A DNA stretch of 64,000 nt from an uncultured candidate division Zixibacteria bacterium (GTDB lineage Bacteria; Zixibacteria; MSB-5A5; GN15; FEB-12), in NCBI GenBank assembly GCA_963735035.1, contig CAVTJJ010000004.1, positions 1,440,001-1,504,000 on the forward strand, in the 5' to 3' direction. Numbering within the stretch: the stretch's first letter is position 1; every line of letters begins with the position of its first letter. A model generated the notes under the pieces. The model searched no databases, was not told the DNA's origin, and was given only the letters and a program-made list of their open reading frames with translations. Shown here piece after piece: positions 19,303 to 30,455 of the stretch. The position numbers and the translations under genes are program-made.

Positions 19303-20601
19303 CTACGGCTCCTCCGGCAGAATACCTTTTCTGACATATATGGGTCGGATCGCTTTGCGCAGGGCCGGGAGGCTTCTCGCAAAGAAGGCCGCGCCAATCA
19401 AGCAGGCGATACCCCCTATGAACACGGTCCACGGAGCGCCGATACGGCTCGCCATCAAGCCGGCCATCAAGCTCCCGATAGGAACCATCCCCATGAAAGC
19501 GGTGACATAGAGACTCATCACGCGACCTCGTTTGTCATCGTCGACAATCGTCTGCAACAGCGTGTTCGATGAGGCCATCTGCACCATCTGTCCGAATCCG
19601 GTGAAGAGCATCAGTGGCAGGGAAATCCAGAGGACATGCGAGAAGGCGAAAGCGGTCAAACTCAGTCCGAAAATCGCGGCGGCTATCGGAATCATACGTC
19701 CGAGTCCCAGAACCGTTTTACGCGACGCCAAATACACCGCGCCGCCCAGCGCGCCGAGCCCGACTGAGCCCATCAGGAATCCGAGCACTCTCGGTCCGCC
19801 GAGCAAAATGTCTTTGGCGAATACCGGCATTAGAACGGTATACGGCATCCCGACCAGACTTATCAAGGCCATCATCGAGAGGATCGAACGGATAGGCACA
19901 TTTCCAGCCGCGTACGCCAGGCCGTCCTTGAGTTCCTGCCAGACCTTGGGTCGATGAGATACCGCTTTCTTGACGGCGAGGCGCATCATTAATAATCCTG
20001 CGATGACAGCGATATAGCTGAGGCCGTTCAGCAGGAAACAGATGCCTTCGCCGACGACTGCTATCAGGATGCCGCCCATCGACGGCCCCAGCAGGCGGGC
20101 GCCGTTCACAATCGAGGAGTTGAGCGCGATGGCGTTGCCAATGTCGTTTTTGTCGTCGAGCATTTCGATCATGAATGTCTGGCGGGCGGGCATGTCGAAA
20201 GCGTTGACCACCCCCAGCACCGTGCCCAGGACGAGTATTTCCCAGACCGTGACCGTCTTGGTCATGACGAGCACGGCCAGGGCGAGGGCCTGAAGCATCG
20301 CTATTACCTGCATGGCGATAATCAAACGATGACGGTTCCAGCGGTCGGCGAGCACTCCGGCGAACGGTCCCAGAAACAACGTGGGGGCCTGTCCAACAAA
20401 TCCGACCACACCCAGCAGGAATTCTGAATTGGTGAGGCGGTAAATGAGCCAACCCATGGCGATACGCTGCATCCAGGTGCCGATGAGCGAGATGCTCTGG
20501 CCGATGAAGAAGAGCCGGAAGTTGCGATGGCGTAGGGCACGGATGAGCGAGCGGAAGCCGGTTTTCTCAGGCGTGCTCGATGTTTCGTTCGGTTGGGTCA
20601 T
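19303..20601 (-). CDS. MFS transporter
   Basis: ALRHRNFRLFFIGQSISLIG and GVLADRWNR motifs; about 12 TM segments. Confidence 0.92.
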   Translation of the reverse strand: MTQPNETSSTPEKTGFRSLIRALRHRNFRLFFIGQSISLIGTWMQRIAMGWLIYRLTNSEFLLGVVGFVGQAPTLFLGPFAGVLADRWNRHRLIIAMQVIAMLQALALAVLVMTKTVTVWEILVLGTVLGVVNAFDMPARQTFMIEMLDDKNDIGNAIALNSSIVNGARLLGPSMGGILIAVVGEGICFLLNGLSYIAVIAGLLMMRLAVKKAVSHRPKVWQELKDGLAYAAGNVPIRSILSMMALISLVGMPYTVLMPVFAKDILLGGPRVLGFLMGSVGLGALGGAVYLASRKTVLGLGRMIPIAAAIFGLSLTAFAFSHVLWISLPLMLFTGFGQMVQMASSNTLLQTIVDDDKRGRVMSLYVTAFMGMVPIGSLMAGLMASRIGAPWTVFIGGIACLIGAAFFARSLPALRKAIRPIYVRKGILPEEP

Positions 20602-20633
20602 CGGTGACAAAAAGGGCCGGCGAGATCGGAAAG

Positions 20634-21770
20634 TCAATTCTGAGTTGGAGCCAGTGGGCCGGGGTAGGGGCGGAAGAAGCTATGCATTCGAATGAAATTC
20701 TTGTCATACCGAACCGCCCAGACTTGGACGGTCTTTCGAAGATCAGATAGCGGCAGATCTTTGTCGAGATATAGTTGCATCCGATTGCGGAATCCTCGGT
20801 GGTCGGTCGCGCTGAGGAAAGGGGAGTAGTGCTCAAGGGCGAGTTCTAACGGCACGATCGTAGCTGTACGGCGCGGCGGTTTTTGCAGGATGCGATGAAG
20901 CAGGGCCTCATATCTCTCGAATATTTGTACCCCGTTCTGCGGGTGGGACTTCCTGCCTGCACCGGCAGATGTAGGCATCTGCCGGGCACGGAACTGTTCG
21001 GATTCTTGTACCCCACCCAACCGGTGGGACTTGCTGCTCGCCAGGGAAGTCGGCAGATGTGGACATCGGCCAGACACGTGAACGCAGCCACTGCATCCAC
21101 CCGACGAAAGATCCGCCTCGGCGGGCGAGGTAATAAGCCGATCCATATCGCGCACTATCCGTTGACTGTAAACACTGAATGACATCCGATGATACTCATG
21201 AAATCGTTTCAGTGATTCCGCACTGCCCCGTTTTCGAACCGCGCGCCAGGCCGCGAGAGTGAATACTTTCGTCAGAAAGTGCTCACGTATGTGCGAATCG
21301 TCCAAGCGCTCTTCATCATCAAAGGCGACGTGCGGCAGTTGTCGTATAGCGTCTGCTGCAAACAGGCCGACACCCTTCCGCACATAAGCCGCATCGGTGG
21401 CGGTCGATGCGTACAACTTCACACTCCGAAGGCCGCACGAGGGGGATTTGTGTTTCAGAATGAAACCGTCAACTTCGCCACACTGTGTCAGGAAGCGGTG
21501 TGCGAAGCTGTTCATTTTCTGCGCAAGTCGGAGGCCGGTCGATTGTTGATACAATTCCACACCCTTGGCGCGTCGCACCAGAACGATGCGATCTCGCGGC
21601 ACACCCAGGCCGATTTCCATTTCGGGGCAGACCGGAATCACACGGGCGTATGGTTTCAGCTCTTTCACGAGATCGTATCGGCACGAATCGCCATCCCAAC
21701 GGCAGCGCGCGCCGCACAGACAGCGGGAAACGACTATCGTAGGGCGTGAAAAGCGAGAGGGTTTTGTCAT
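20634..21770 (-). CDS. DUF523 (2-thiouracil desulfurase family) plus DUF1722/YbgA protein with an in-frame REP-derived insert
   Basis: SRCL, CRWDG, VCPEMEIG and KSPSCG; C-terminus FFRPYP. Confidence 0.85.
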   Translation of the reverse strand: MTKPSRFSRPTIVVSRCLCGARCRWDGDSCRYDLVKELKPYARVIPVCPEMEIGLGVPRDRIVLVRRAKGVELYQQSTGLRLAQKMNSFAHRFLTQCGEVDGFILKHKSPSCGLRSVKLYASTATDAAYVRKGVGLFAADAIRQLPHVAFDDEERLDDSHIREHFLTKVFTLAAWRAVRKRGSAESLKRFHEYHRMSFSVYSQRIVRDMDRLITSPAEADLSSGGCSGCVHVSGRCPHLPTSLASSKSHRLGGVQESEQFRARQMPTSAGAGRKSHPQNGVQIFERYEALLHRILQKPPRRTATIVPLELALEHYSPFLSATDHRGFRNRMQLYLDKDLPLSDLRKTVQVWAVRYDKNFIRMHSFFRPYPGPLAPTQN

Positions 21771-21995
21771 GGTACCGGTCTTCGTAGAAGGCAATCTGTC
21801 GGGCGCAAGGATACGCATTTGGGAGCCTTTCGGAAAGACCCGATCCGGCTCGTGAAGCAATTAACAAGGCCTTACCTCTTTACAAACCGGCGTTGGGCGC
21901 ATATATTCCATTTCATCTGATTTGGTAGCGATCCTGATTGTTGGGACGCAACAACTTAAGCAGGACTGCCGGCCCCGCCGCAGGTCCGCGGTGAG

Positions 21996-23609
21996 ATGTC
22001 TATGTTTCGCATTGAGACCAAAATCGACACCAACTCCCCTGAATTCAAAGAGAACGCCCAGAAGAATCGTGAGCAGCATCGGCTTTTCAAGGATCGTCTG
22101 GAGCAGATCAAGTTGGGCGGCCCGGAAAAGTCCCGGCAGCGACACGTGGAGCGCAAGAAGCTGCTGCCCCGTGATCGTCTGGCCGGACTCCTCGACAAGA
22201 ATACCCCTTTCCTCGAACTGAGCCCGCTCGCGGCCTATGACATGTATGACAACGAGGCGCCCGCCGCTGGAATTATCACCGGGATCGGAGTCGTTCATGG
22301 GCGTGAAGTCATGGTGGTAGTCAACGACGCCACGGTCAAGGGGGGCACGTACTACCCGATCACGATTTTGAAGCATGCCCGGGCGCAGCAGATTGCCGAA
22401 GAAAACCGGCTGCCCTGTGTTTATCTGGTTGATTCAGGGGGGATATTTCTGCCGTTGCAGTCGGGGACATTTCCTGACAAAGACCATTTTGGCCGCATAT
22501 TCTATAACCAGGCCCGCCTTTCGGCGCAGGGGATAGCGCAGATCTCGATCGTGATGGGTTCCTGCACGGCGGGCGGGGCGTACCTGCCGGCGATGTCTGA
22601 CGAGACAGTCATTGTCCGCAAGCAGGGGACGATTTTCATTGGCGGACCGCCGCTGGTCAAAGCCGCCACCGGCGAAGTGGTCACCGCCGAAGAACTAGGC
22701 GGCGCCGATGTCCATTGCCGCGTCTCCGGAGTCAGCGACCATTACGCCCAGAACGATGCTCACGCTTTACAGTTGGCCCGCAATATTGTTGAGAACCTCG
22801 ACAGGCCGTATCGCGAGCCGATTGAGAGATCGGCCCCGGAAGACCCATACTACGACCCCGAAGAACTCTATGGCGTCGTGCAGAACGAACTGCGTCGGCC
22901 TTACGATGTGCGCGAAGTAATCGCCCGCCTGGTCGACGGCTCTCGGTTCCACGAATTCAAAGAACTCTACGGCATCACGCTGGTGACCGGGTTCGCGCGA
23001 ATCATGGGGTATCCGGTGGGGATCATCGGCAACAACGGGGTTCTATTCAGCGAATCCTCGCTCAAGGGAGCGCACTTTATCGAATTGTGCACGCAACGGA
23101 AGATTCCGTTGATATTCCTGCAGAACATCTCCGGCTTCATAGTCGGTCGTCAATACGAGGCGGGCGGAATTGCGCGCGATGGGGCCAAGATGGTTCATGC
23201 GGTGGCCAACGCCCAGATTCCGAAATTTACGCTGGTGATCGGCGGCTCGTACGGCGCCGGCAACTATGCCATGTGCGGACGGGGGTATTTCCCGCGCCTG
23301 ATGTGGATGTGGCCTAACGCCAAGATCTGTGTCATGGGGGGCGAGCAGGCGGCCGATGTTCTCGCCACGGTCAAAATCAATCAGCTCGAAGCGGAAGGAA
23401 AGAAGCTGACTTCGGACGACATCAAGGCGATTCGTCAACCGATCATCGACAAGTACGAATCGGAGTCTACTCCATACTATTCCGGAGCGCGGTTGTGGGA
23501 TGATGGTATGATCGGCTTCACGGAAACACGTCAGGCACTGGCGCTGGCGATTTCGATGTCGACTAACGCGCCGTTCCCGGAACAGAAGTACGGCGTCTTC
23601 AGGATGTAG
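21996..23609 (+). CDS. liuB: 3-methylcrotonyl-CoA carboxylase beta (carboxyltransferase) subunit
   Basis: [26 protein letters not shown]; ends YGVFRM. Confidence 0.9.
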   Translation: MSMFRIETKIDTNSPEFKENAQKNREQHRLFKDRLEQIKLGGPEKSRQRHVERKKLLPRDRLAGLLDKNTPFLELSPLAAYDMYDNEAPAAGIITGIGVVHGREVMVVVNDATVKGGTYYPITILKHARAQQIAEENRLPCVYLVDSGGIFLPLQSGTFPDKDHFGRIFYNQARLSAQGIAQISIVMGSCTAGGAYLPAMSDETVIVRKQGTIFIGGPPLVKAATGEVVTAEELGGADVHCRVSGVSDHYAQNDAHALQLARNIVENLDRPYREPIERSAPEDPYYDPEELYGVVQNELRRPYDVREVIARLVDGSRFHEFKELYGITLVTGFARIMGYPVGIIGNNGVLFSESSLKGAHFIELCTQRKIPLIFLQNISGFIVGRQYEAGGIARDGAKMVHAVANAQIPKFTLVIGGSYGAGNYAMCGRGYFPRLMWMWPNAKICVMGGEQAADVLATVKINQLEAEGKKLTSDDIKAIRQPIIDKYESESTPYYSGARLWDDGMIGFTETRQALALAISMSTNAPFPEQKYGVFRM

Positions 23610-23618
23610 GCTGGCGCG

Positions 23619-24407
23619 ATGAAATATACGACACTCAAGTATCAGAAAGACGGCCGTATCGGGCGGGTCGCATTCTGTCGGCCCGAAATACATAATGCCT
23701 TCAATGGCACGGTCATCAGTGAGATGGCGCACCTGTTCGGCGAACTGGCTAAAGACAATGACCTTCGGGTGGTGCTGCTGACTGGAGAAGGAAAGTCATT
23801 CTGTGCCGGGGCCGATCTCAACTGGATGCGCTCAGTGATCAACCAGTCGTTCGAGCAGAACTTGGCCGAATCCAACGCGTTGGCGAATCTCTTCTATCAG
23901 ATATACACGTTCAAGCGTCCGGTCATAGGCCGGATCAATGGCGCGGCTATCGGTGGTGGTACCGGATTCGTGGCGGTGTGCGATATAGCAATTGCGGCGC
24001 GCTCGGCCAAGTTTTCGTTCTCCGAAGTGAAGATCGGCGTCGTGCCGGCCTGTATTGGGCCGTATGTTATCCGCAAGATGGGTGAGGGCAAGGCGCGCGA
24101 GTTGTTCATTACGGGCGAACGAATGAACGCGGACCGCGCTTTCGAAGTCGGTTTGGTCAACAAAGTTGTCGATGACGACAGACTCGACACCGAAGTGGAA
24201 ACGCTGGTGCAATCGATTCTGACTTCGGGGCCGGAAGCCGTAGCTATGGCTAAGAAATTGGTCAGCGAAGTTCCGTTGATGGAGCCGTCGCAGTTCAAAC
24301 CGTATACGGCCGAGATGATCGCCCGCCTGCGAGTATCGCAAGAAGGACAGGAAGGGATGGACGCCTTTCTTAACAAGCGGCCGCCTCGCTGGACGTCAGA
24401 CAAATAG
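23619..24407 (+). CDS. liuC: Methylglutaconyl-CoA hydratase (crotonase family)
   Basis: FCAGADLNWM and FSEVKIG; lies between the MCC subunits. Confidence 0.82.
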   Translation: MKYTTLKYQKDGRIGRVAFCRPEIHNAFNGTVISEMAHLFGELAKDNDLRVVLLTGEGKSFCAGADLNWMRSVINQSFEQNLAESNALANLFYQIYTFKRPVIGRINGAAIGGGTGFVAVCDIAIAARSAKFSFSEVKIGVVPACIGPYVIRKMGEGKARELFITGERMNADRAFEVGLVNKVVDDDRLDTEVETLVQSILTSGPEAVAMAKKLVSEVPLMEPSQFKPYTAEMIARLRVSQEGQEGMDAFLNKRPPRWTSDK

Positions 24408-24422
24408 CTCAGGCATGTGGTT

Positions 24423-25946
24423 ATGGCAGATAAATTGTTCAAGAAGATCCTGGTAGCCAATCGGTCGGAAATCGCGGTGCGCGTTATGAACGCCTGCCGC
24501 GTGCTCGGGATTCCGTCGGTGGCAGTCTACTCCGAAGCCGACAAGAGCAGCAAACACCGCATGATGGCAGACGAGTCGGTGTTCATCGGCCCGCCGCCGC
24601 CGCGGCAATCGTATCTCGATATTGCGAAGATCATCCAAGCGGCCAAAGATACCGGGTGCGACGCCATTCATCCGGGATACGGTTTCTTGGCCGAAAACTG
24701 CGAGCTGCCGAAGGCGTGTCAGGCGGCCGGGATGGTGTTTATCGGCCCACCGCCTGACGCGATGTTGCTGATGGGTAACAAGGTTGAGTCGCGCGTCAAG
24801 ATGTCCAGCGCCGGAGTGCCGCTCATTCCGGGTATGACCGCCTCGGCGGTTGATCCGGCGGTCTTTCGCGCCGCCGCCGACAAAGCGGGCTATCCGGTTA
24901 TGATCAAGGCGGCGGCTGGTGGGGGCGGCAAGGGGATGCGGATCGTCCATGAGCCCACCGAACTCAACGATGCTCTCGAAGCGGCCCAACGCGAAGCGCT
25001 CAACGCCTTCAATGATGACACGGTCTATCTGGAAAAGTATATCGCCAACGCCCGTCATATCGAATTCCAGGTGATTGCCGATTCGCACGGCAATTGTGTT
25101 CATGTGTTCGAGCGGGAGTGTTCGATTCAAAGACGGCATCAGAAGATTATCGAAGAGACCCCGTCGGTGGCGCTCGACAACAAGCTTCGCGCCAAAATGG
25201 GCGCAGCTGCCGTGGTGGTCGCAAAAGCTGCTGGTTATGTCAACGCCGGGACGGTCGAGTTCCTGGTGGATGAAAAAGGCGGATTCTATTTCCTGGAGAT
25301 GAATACCCGCATTCAAGTAGAACATCCGATTACCGAAATGGTCACCGGGGTCGATCTGGTAGTCGAACAAATTCGGGTGGCGGCGGGGCTGCCGCTGTCG
25401 GCGCAGATGCATAATCTGTCGCAGCGCGGACACGCCATCGAGTGCCGTATCTACGCCGAGGACGGCGATAACAACTTCCTGCCAAGCATTGGGCGGATTC
25501 TACACTATACGGAACCGCTTGGACCGGGGATACGGGTAGATTCGGGCGTGGTCAAGGGATCGGAAGTCACGATCGACTACGATCCGATAATGGCGAAACT
25601 GATCGTACACGCCCCCGATCGTGCCTGCGCCATTGGCAAGATGATCAACGCCCTGCACGACTACAAGATACTCGGCGTGAAGACTTCAAAGCGATTCATG
25701 ATTGATGTTCTCCGGCATCAGGAGTTTATAGCAGGAAGGACCTACACAAACTTCATCGGCCAGCACATGGCTGATCGAGTGGCAGACTCCGACAGTTATC
25801 ACGCACCGGCGGCGGCTGTCGCTGCAGTGGCAGCGATGACGCAGCGAAGAACGATGGCTACCGACAGGGGCGATGGACGGCAGGCGGTTCCGTCACCCTG
25901 GCAGGTGCTCGGCGACTGGCAGATCGGAGGGTCGATCCATGAGTAG
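24423..25946 (+). CDS. liuD: Biotin carboxylase subunit of MCC
   Basis: ILVANRSEIA, HPGYGFL, GGGGKGMR, RECSIQRRHQK and EMNTRIQVEH. Confidence 0.88.
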   Translation: MADKLFKKILVANRSEIAVRVMNACRVLGIPSVAVYSEADKSSKHRMMADESVFIGPPPPRQSYLDIAKIIQAAKDTGCDAIHPGYGFLAENCELPKACQAAGMVFIGPPPDAMLLMGNKVESRVKMSSAGVPLIPGMTASAVDPAVFRAAADKAGYPVMIKAAAGGGGKGMRIVHEPTELNDALEAAQREALNAFNDDTVYLEKYIANARHIEFQVIADSHGNCVHVFERECSIQRRHQKIIEETPSVALDNKLRAKMGAAAVVVAKAAGYVNAGTVEFLVDEKGGFYFLEMNTRIQVEHPITEMVTGVDLVVEQIRVAAGLPLSAQMHNLSQRGHAIECRIYAEDGDNNFLPSIGRILHYTEPLGPGIRVDSGVVKGSEVTIDYDPIMAKLIVHAPDRACAIGKMINALHDYKILGVKTSKRFMIDVLRHQEFIAGRTYTNFIGQHMADRVADSDSYHAPAAAVAAVAAMTQRRTMATDRGDGRQAVPSPWQVLGDWQIGGSIHE

Positions 25947-26436
25947 GCACGACTTCACGATCGCGGGGAAAGAAATTACAGCCCAGGCAGATAAGTCCGG
26001 CGATGGATACAAGGCCAAAGTGGGTGAATGCGAATTTGATATTCGTCCGATATCCGACGGATTGTTCTCAATCGTAGTAGACGGTCATAAGAAGATCGTT
26101 GCGGCCGCTGTTCACAATGGCACGACGTATGTCGATATCGATTCGGTCGTGCTGGAGTTGAAGGAACCGTCGCAGGACGGGTTCGCTGGGGGGGCGGGCG
26201 ATCATGGCGAAGCGCCGGACAAGATTTTCGCGCCGATGCCGGGCAAGATTGTCAAGCTGATGGTCAAAGTGGGGGATACGGTTTCGCCTAAGCAGCAGGT
26301 GGTGATTGTCGAGGCGATGAAGATGGAGAATCCGGTGGTCGCCAAGGCCAAGGGGACGGTGAAGGCGGTCAATTTTGCGGTCGGCGACCAGGTCTCGACT
26401 GATAAGCCGATAGTCGAGCTTGAGCTGGGGGAGTAG
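25939..26436 (+). CDS. Biotin carboxyl carrier protein (BT + BCCP), split from the alpha subunit
   Basis: APMPG and EAMKM biotinylation motif; overlaps the upstream stop by 8 nt with its own GGAGG RBS. Confidence 0.9.
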   Translation: MSRHDFTIAGKEITAQADKSGDGYKAKVGECEFDIRPISDGLFSIVVDGHKKIVAAAVHNGTTYVDIDSVVLELKEPSQDGFAGGAGDHGEAPDKIFAPMPGKIVKLMVKVGDTVSPKQQVVIVEAMKMENPVVAKAKGTVKAVNFAVGDQVSTDKPIVELELGE

Positions 26437-26496
26437 GTTAGAAGAGCAGGTGATATTATGCCGGTCGCTCTCTCTGATACGCTGACATTTTTGTCC

Positions 26497-27249
26497 GTGC
26501 CCGGCAGATGTCCACATCTGCCGACGAATGTGATTGAAGCCATTTGTTGATCTTCATAGTCTTGGGTAATGCCAACTCGAACGCGCCTGCAACTTTCCGG
26601 CCCATGTCTGGTCTTCGTTACAACTACTGTCACGGGATGGATTCCGGTATTCAACGATAGAGGTATCGCCGAAAGGACGCTATACCAATTCTGCGAGGCT
26701 TTGGAGACTTATCAGGCTTCTTGCGTTGCGTTTGTGCTGATGCCATCTCATTTGCACGCGCTACTCGGTATTCGGGAGTACGCTCAGGTCCCCAAGTTCA
26801 TGCAGAGCTTCAAGATTCTCACCTCCAAGAGACTCAAATCTCACCTCAGCGCCGATATGCTTGCCCGTTTGAGTCAGGGAGGAAAATACCAGTTTTGGCA
26901 GCCTCGATACGATGAGCTTGTGATCAAGAGCGAAAAGCAATTTAGAATCAAGGCCGAGTATATCCATACCAACCCGGTCAGAGCTGGTTTGGTCGACCAA
27001 CAGACCGAATGGGTGTACTCGAGTGCAGGGGTTTGGGGCGGGAAGGGGGCTGGGATGGTGCCAATAGATCGTGATTTCACGTTTCAGAAGTAGGAGATGG
27101 CTCTGTCGCTGGCAGATGTGGACATCTGCCAGGCACATGAAAGGGCGAGCTGTGGTGCAGTTCGCTGGCAGATGTGAACATCTGCCAGGCACGTGAAAGG
27201 GCGGGGCAGTAGTACAGTTCGGCGGTAGCAGATGTGGACATCTGCCGGC
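26497..27249. mobile_element. RAYT locus flanked by inverted GTGC-type REPs
   Basis: One REP upstream (26497) and three oppositely oriented copies downstream (27109, 27165, ~27228) of the transposase. Confidence 0.85.
26569..27093 (+). CDS. rayT: REP-associated tyrosine transposase (Y1 HUH, IS200-related)
   Basis: FVTTT, MPSHLH (HUH), FWQ, YIHTNPVRAGLV (catalytic Tyr) and WVYSSA. Confidence 0.9.
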   Translation: MPTRTRLQLSGPCLVFVTTTVTGWIPVFNDRGIAERTLYQFCEALETYQASCVAFVLMPSHLHALLGIREYAQVPKFMQSFKILTSKRLKSHLSADMLARLSQGGKYQFWQPRYDELVIKSEKQFRIKAEYIHTNPVRAGLVDQQTEWVYSSAGVWGGKGAGMVPIDRDFTFQK

Positions 27250-27369
27250 GCCTGAAAATACAAGCCAACCATCGATCATAATCGGCAGGGTTCCACCCCC
27301 GCCGTGTCCGTAGAGAAAGCACGGCAGGCATGGAGGCCTGCCGATCATATTTACTCCTGCCATACGAAC

Positions 27370-27403
27370 AAAAAAGCCGGGGCCCAAGAGAGTCCCGGCT
27401 TTT
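27370..27403. terminator. Bidirectional intrinsic terminator
   Basis: AAAAAAGCCGGG...CCCGGCTTTT between convergent genes. Confidence 0.7.
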
Positions 27404-27424
27404 GTCATTTCTTGTCGCGTCAGT

Positions 27425-28021
27425 CTAGAAGAACTTGAAGCCAACCGTTACCGGTATGAACGATGACGTCTCGTTATCGGTCGCAATGCTTACATAGCGG
27501 GCCTGCGCAAAGACGCTGAACTTCGGACCGTTGAACAGATTGGCGCCGGCACCGGCGTTCCAGTAGAACTTGGTCTGGTCCTGAGCCACCACCGAATTCA
27601 TAATGCTCAGAGTCAGAGAAGCCGGGCCTTCGAAATCGGTCTGCTTGATATTCGCAAAACCGGCGCCACCAAGAATATAGGGGCTGACCGGGAAACCGGG
27701 CACGCTCGGGTTGAACTTCAAATCGCCGCCGAACATCATCATCTTGTTGGTGCCGCCGGTGTACTCGGAATTGGCAGCGTCAAAGTTGAACTTGAAGGCG
27801 TGGTATTCAGCCTTAGCAACAAACTCCAGAACCGGGTTCACATGGAAGCCGATGCCGACAAAGCCATGGTAGCCGTTCTTGAAGCTGTTCTTGAAGGCGT
27901 CCGGAGCGGTCGGGAATGACATCGCTCCACCGGCGTAGAAACTAACCGGGCTGCTCATCTGGGCCGAAGCGACGGCGCTCAGGGTAAGCAGGATCGCGAG
28001 AATGGCGAGAATCTTCTTCAT
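27425..28021 (-). CDS. Outer membrane beta-barrel protein
   Basis: Signal peptide, PYILGGAG, alternating strand pattern and C-terminal Phe. Confidence 0.85.
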   Translation of the reverse strand: MKKILAILAILLTLSAVASAQMSSPVSFYAGGAMSFPTAPDAFKNSFKNGYHGFVGIGFHVNPVLEFVAKAEYHAFKFNFDAANSEYTGGTNKMMMFGGDLKFNPSVPGFPVSPYILGGAGFANIKQTDFEGPASLTLSIMNSVVAQDQTKFYWNAGAGANLFNGPKFSVFAQARYVSIATDNETSSFIPVTVGFKFF

Positions 28022-28063
28022 TACTACCTCCTGAAACAGGACTAAGGTTATCTCATGAAATAC

Positions 28064-28090
28064 AGATCGGCTTCTGTGACCGTTTCTTTA
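28064..28090 (-). promoter_or_regulatory. Putative sigma28 promoter of the OMP gene
   Basis: Reverse strand reads TAAA-N15-GCCGATCT. Confidence 0.55.
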
Positions 28091-28362
28091 GTCAATCCTG
28101 GGGACCTTTTTCTACCGGCGGGCCAGTCCAGGCAGGAACCCCGCCCGAATCGTTTTGTAGGCTAAGCAGATGCATTATGGGTTGATTGGCCCCCGTAACC
28201 AGGAGACGGGTCGGATACGGCGCGAAACGCCATTTGACCCCGCATCCTGGCTCGCATATCGTCAGGAATCTATGGCCTGGCCGACTTGATTTGGCTGGGG
28301 GATTTGGTTATATAGCCAGCCGCGATTCATTGGGTTGAAATAACCGTTCGAAGGAGACTTAT

Positions 28363-29553
28363 ATGTCTGACAAACAAGATGCTTATATCGTCTCCGCCTG
28401 TCGCAGCGCCATCGGGACACTGCACGGCGGGTTGGGTTCGTTCACGGCTCCGCAACTGGGGGCTCTGGCGATCAAAGAGGCGGTCAAACGCTCCGGCATT
28501 GATTCGAAGGATATCGAAGAAGTAATCATGGGCCATGTGGTGCAGGGCGGGGCAGGGCAGGCTCCGGCTCGCCAGGCCGCCATTCACGGGGGGATACCCT
28601 CGAACGTTCCCTGTCTTACCATCAACAAAGTATGCGGCTCCGGTCTGAAGGCGGTCATGATGGCGGCTCAGTCGATCCGTGCCGGTGATCAGCATGTCGT
28701 AGTGGCTGGTGGTATGGAGTCGATGTCGCAGACGCCGTATGTGATCCGGGGCGCCAAGACCGGCACCAAATTCGGACACGGCAAGCTGGAAGACATAATG
28801 ATCTCCGACGGTCTCTGGGATAGTTTCAACGACTTCCACATGGGCAGCGCTGCCGAGTACACTCAGAAGAAGGCCGGTATTTCACGCGAAGAACAGGATC
28901 AATTCGCATACAATTCACACAAGAAGGCAGTTGCGGCGCAACAGGCCGGCAAATTCGACAAGGAAATATTCCCGATCGAAATCCCCCAGCGGAAGGGTGA
29001 CCCGATTGTATTCAAGAAAGATGAATGCCCCCGCGCGGACGTATCGGCCGAGAGTCTCGCTAAACTTCGCCCGGCATTCCAGAAAGACGGCACCGTGACC
29101 GCCGGCAACGCCCCGGGTCTGAACGACGGCTGTTCTGCAGTAGTCGTGGTTTCCGGGAAGTATATGAAGGAACACGGGCTGAAGCCTCTGGCGAGAATAG
29201 TCGAGTACGCCTCGGCGGGAACCGACCCGATCGACCTGTTCTTTGCGCCGATCTATGCGGTCCGCAAACTATGCGACAAGATGGGTGTCAAAGTGGGTCA
29301 TTTCGACTTGATCGAAGCCAATGAAGCGTTCTCGGTGCAGGCGCTCGCCGACGGAAAAGAACTCGGCTGGGACTGGAACCGGGTTAACGTCAACGGCGGG
29401 GCGGTTGCTCTCGGCCATCCGATCGGTGCCTCGGGCACGCGTATCCTGGTGACGCTGATTCATGCTTTGAAAGACCGGAACTTGAAAACCGGTATGGCTA
29501 CCCTATGTCTCGGCGGCGGCAACGCTGTCGCGCTGGCGATTGAACTGGTTTGA
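28363..29553 (+). CDS. Acetyl-CoA C-acetyltransferase (bacterial thiolase)
   Basis: [19 protein letters not shown] and LCLGGG. Confidence 0.95.
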   Translation: MSDKQDAYIVSACRSAIGTLHGGLGSFTAPQLGALAIKEAVKRSGIDSKDIEEVIMGHVVQGGAGQAPARQAAIHGGIPSNVPCLTINKVCGSGLKAVMMAAQSIRAGDQHVVVAGGMESMSQTPYVIRGAKTGTKFGHGKLEDIMISDGLWDSFNDFHMGSAAEYTQKKAGISREEQDQFAYNSHKKAVAAQQAGKFDKEIFPIEIPQRKGDPIVFKKDECPRADVSAESLAKLRPAFQKDGTVTAGNAPGLNDGCSAVVVVSGKYMKEHGLKPLARIVEYASAGTDPIDLFFAPIYAVRKLCDKMGVKVGHFDLIEANEAFSVQALADGKELGWDWNRVNVNGGAVALGHPIGASGTRILVTLIHALKDRNLKTGMATLCLGGGNAVALAIELV

Positions 29554-29581
29554 CGTTGGGCGATGTGGAAGGAGCTGAAAG

Positions 29582-30445
29582 TTGAAACTGGATGATATCA
29601 AAAAAGTGACAGTCATCGGGTGTGGCACCATGGGCAACGGTATCGCCCAGGTTTTCGCCCAGAACGGTTACTTCGTGAACGTTGTCGACGTTGACAAGGC
29701 CTTTTTGGAAAGGGCCGTGACCAATATTGCCGGATCGATGGACCGTCAGATCAAGAAGGGAATCATCACCGACGATGCCAAGAAGACGGCGCTGGAGAAA
29801 ATAACTACCAGCACCGATCTCCGGACGGCTCGCGACTCGCAGTTGGTTATCGAGGCGGTTACTGAAAGGCTCGAGGTGAAGCTCGAGATATTCCGGAAGC
29901 TGGCCGATATCTGCTCTCCGGACATAATACTGGCGTCGAATACCTCGTCTCTGCCGATCACCAAGCTGGCCGCGGCTACCAGCAACCCGGCTAATTTTAT
30001 CGGTATGCATTTCATGAACCCGGTGCCCATGATGAAACTGGTGGAACTGATTCGCGGTATCGCCACTTCGACTGAGACCACCGAGGTTGCGCGCGATCTG
30101 TCCAGGAAGCTCGGCAAGATTCCGGTGGAAGTGAATGACTACCCCGGCTTTATTGCCAATCGCATTCTCATGCCCATGATCAACGAGGCAATCTACGCGC
30201 ACATGGAAGGGGTCGGGACGGTCGAGGCTATCGACGAGGTGATGAAGCTTGGAGCGGGGCATCCCATGGGCCCGTTCGTTCTGGCCGATTTCATCGGTCT
30301 CGATGTCTGTCTGGCTATACTGGAAGTTATGCACGACGGTTTGGGCGATCCGAAGTACCGCCCCTGCCCGCTGTTGAAGAAGATGGTGCAGGCAGGATAC
30401 CTGGGTCGCAAGACCGGTCGTGGGTTCTATAAGTACGAACAATAA
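29582..30445 (+). CDS. hbd: 3-hydroxybutyryl-CoA dehydrogenase
   Basis: GCGTMG, SNTSSL, GMHFMNP and HPMGP. Confidence 0.92.
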   Translation: MKLDDIKKVTVIGCGTMGNGIAQVFAQNGYFVNVVDVDKAFLERAVTNIAGSMDRQIKKGIITDDAKKTALEKITTSTDLRTARDSQLVIEAVTERLEVKLEIFRKLADICSPDIILASNTSSLPITKLAAATSNPANFIGMHFMNPVPMMKLVELIRGIATSTETTEVARDLSRKLGKIPVEVNDYPGFIANRILMPMINEAIYAHMEGVGTVEAIDEVMKLGAGHPMGPFVLADFIGLDVCLAILEVMHDGLGDPKYRPCPLLKKMVQAGYLGRKTGRGFYKYEQ

Positions 30446-30455
30446 GGAGAGGCGG

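Noticed and set aside
25873..25946. liuD/BCCP split as another sequencing frameshift
   Set aside because: The second gene has its own GGAGG RBS and an ATG overlapping the upstream stop, consistent with a genuine split.
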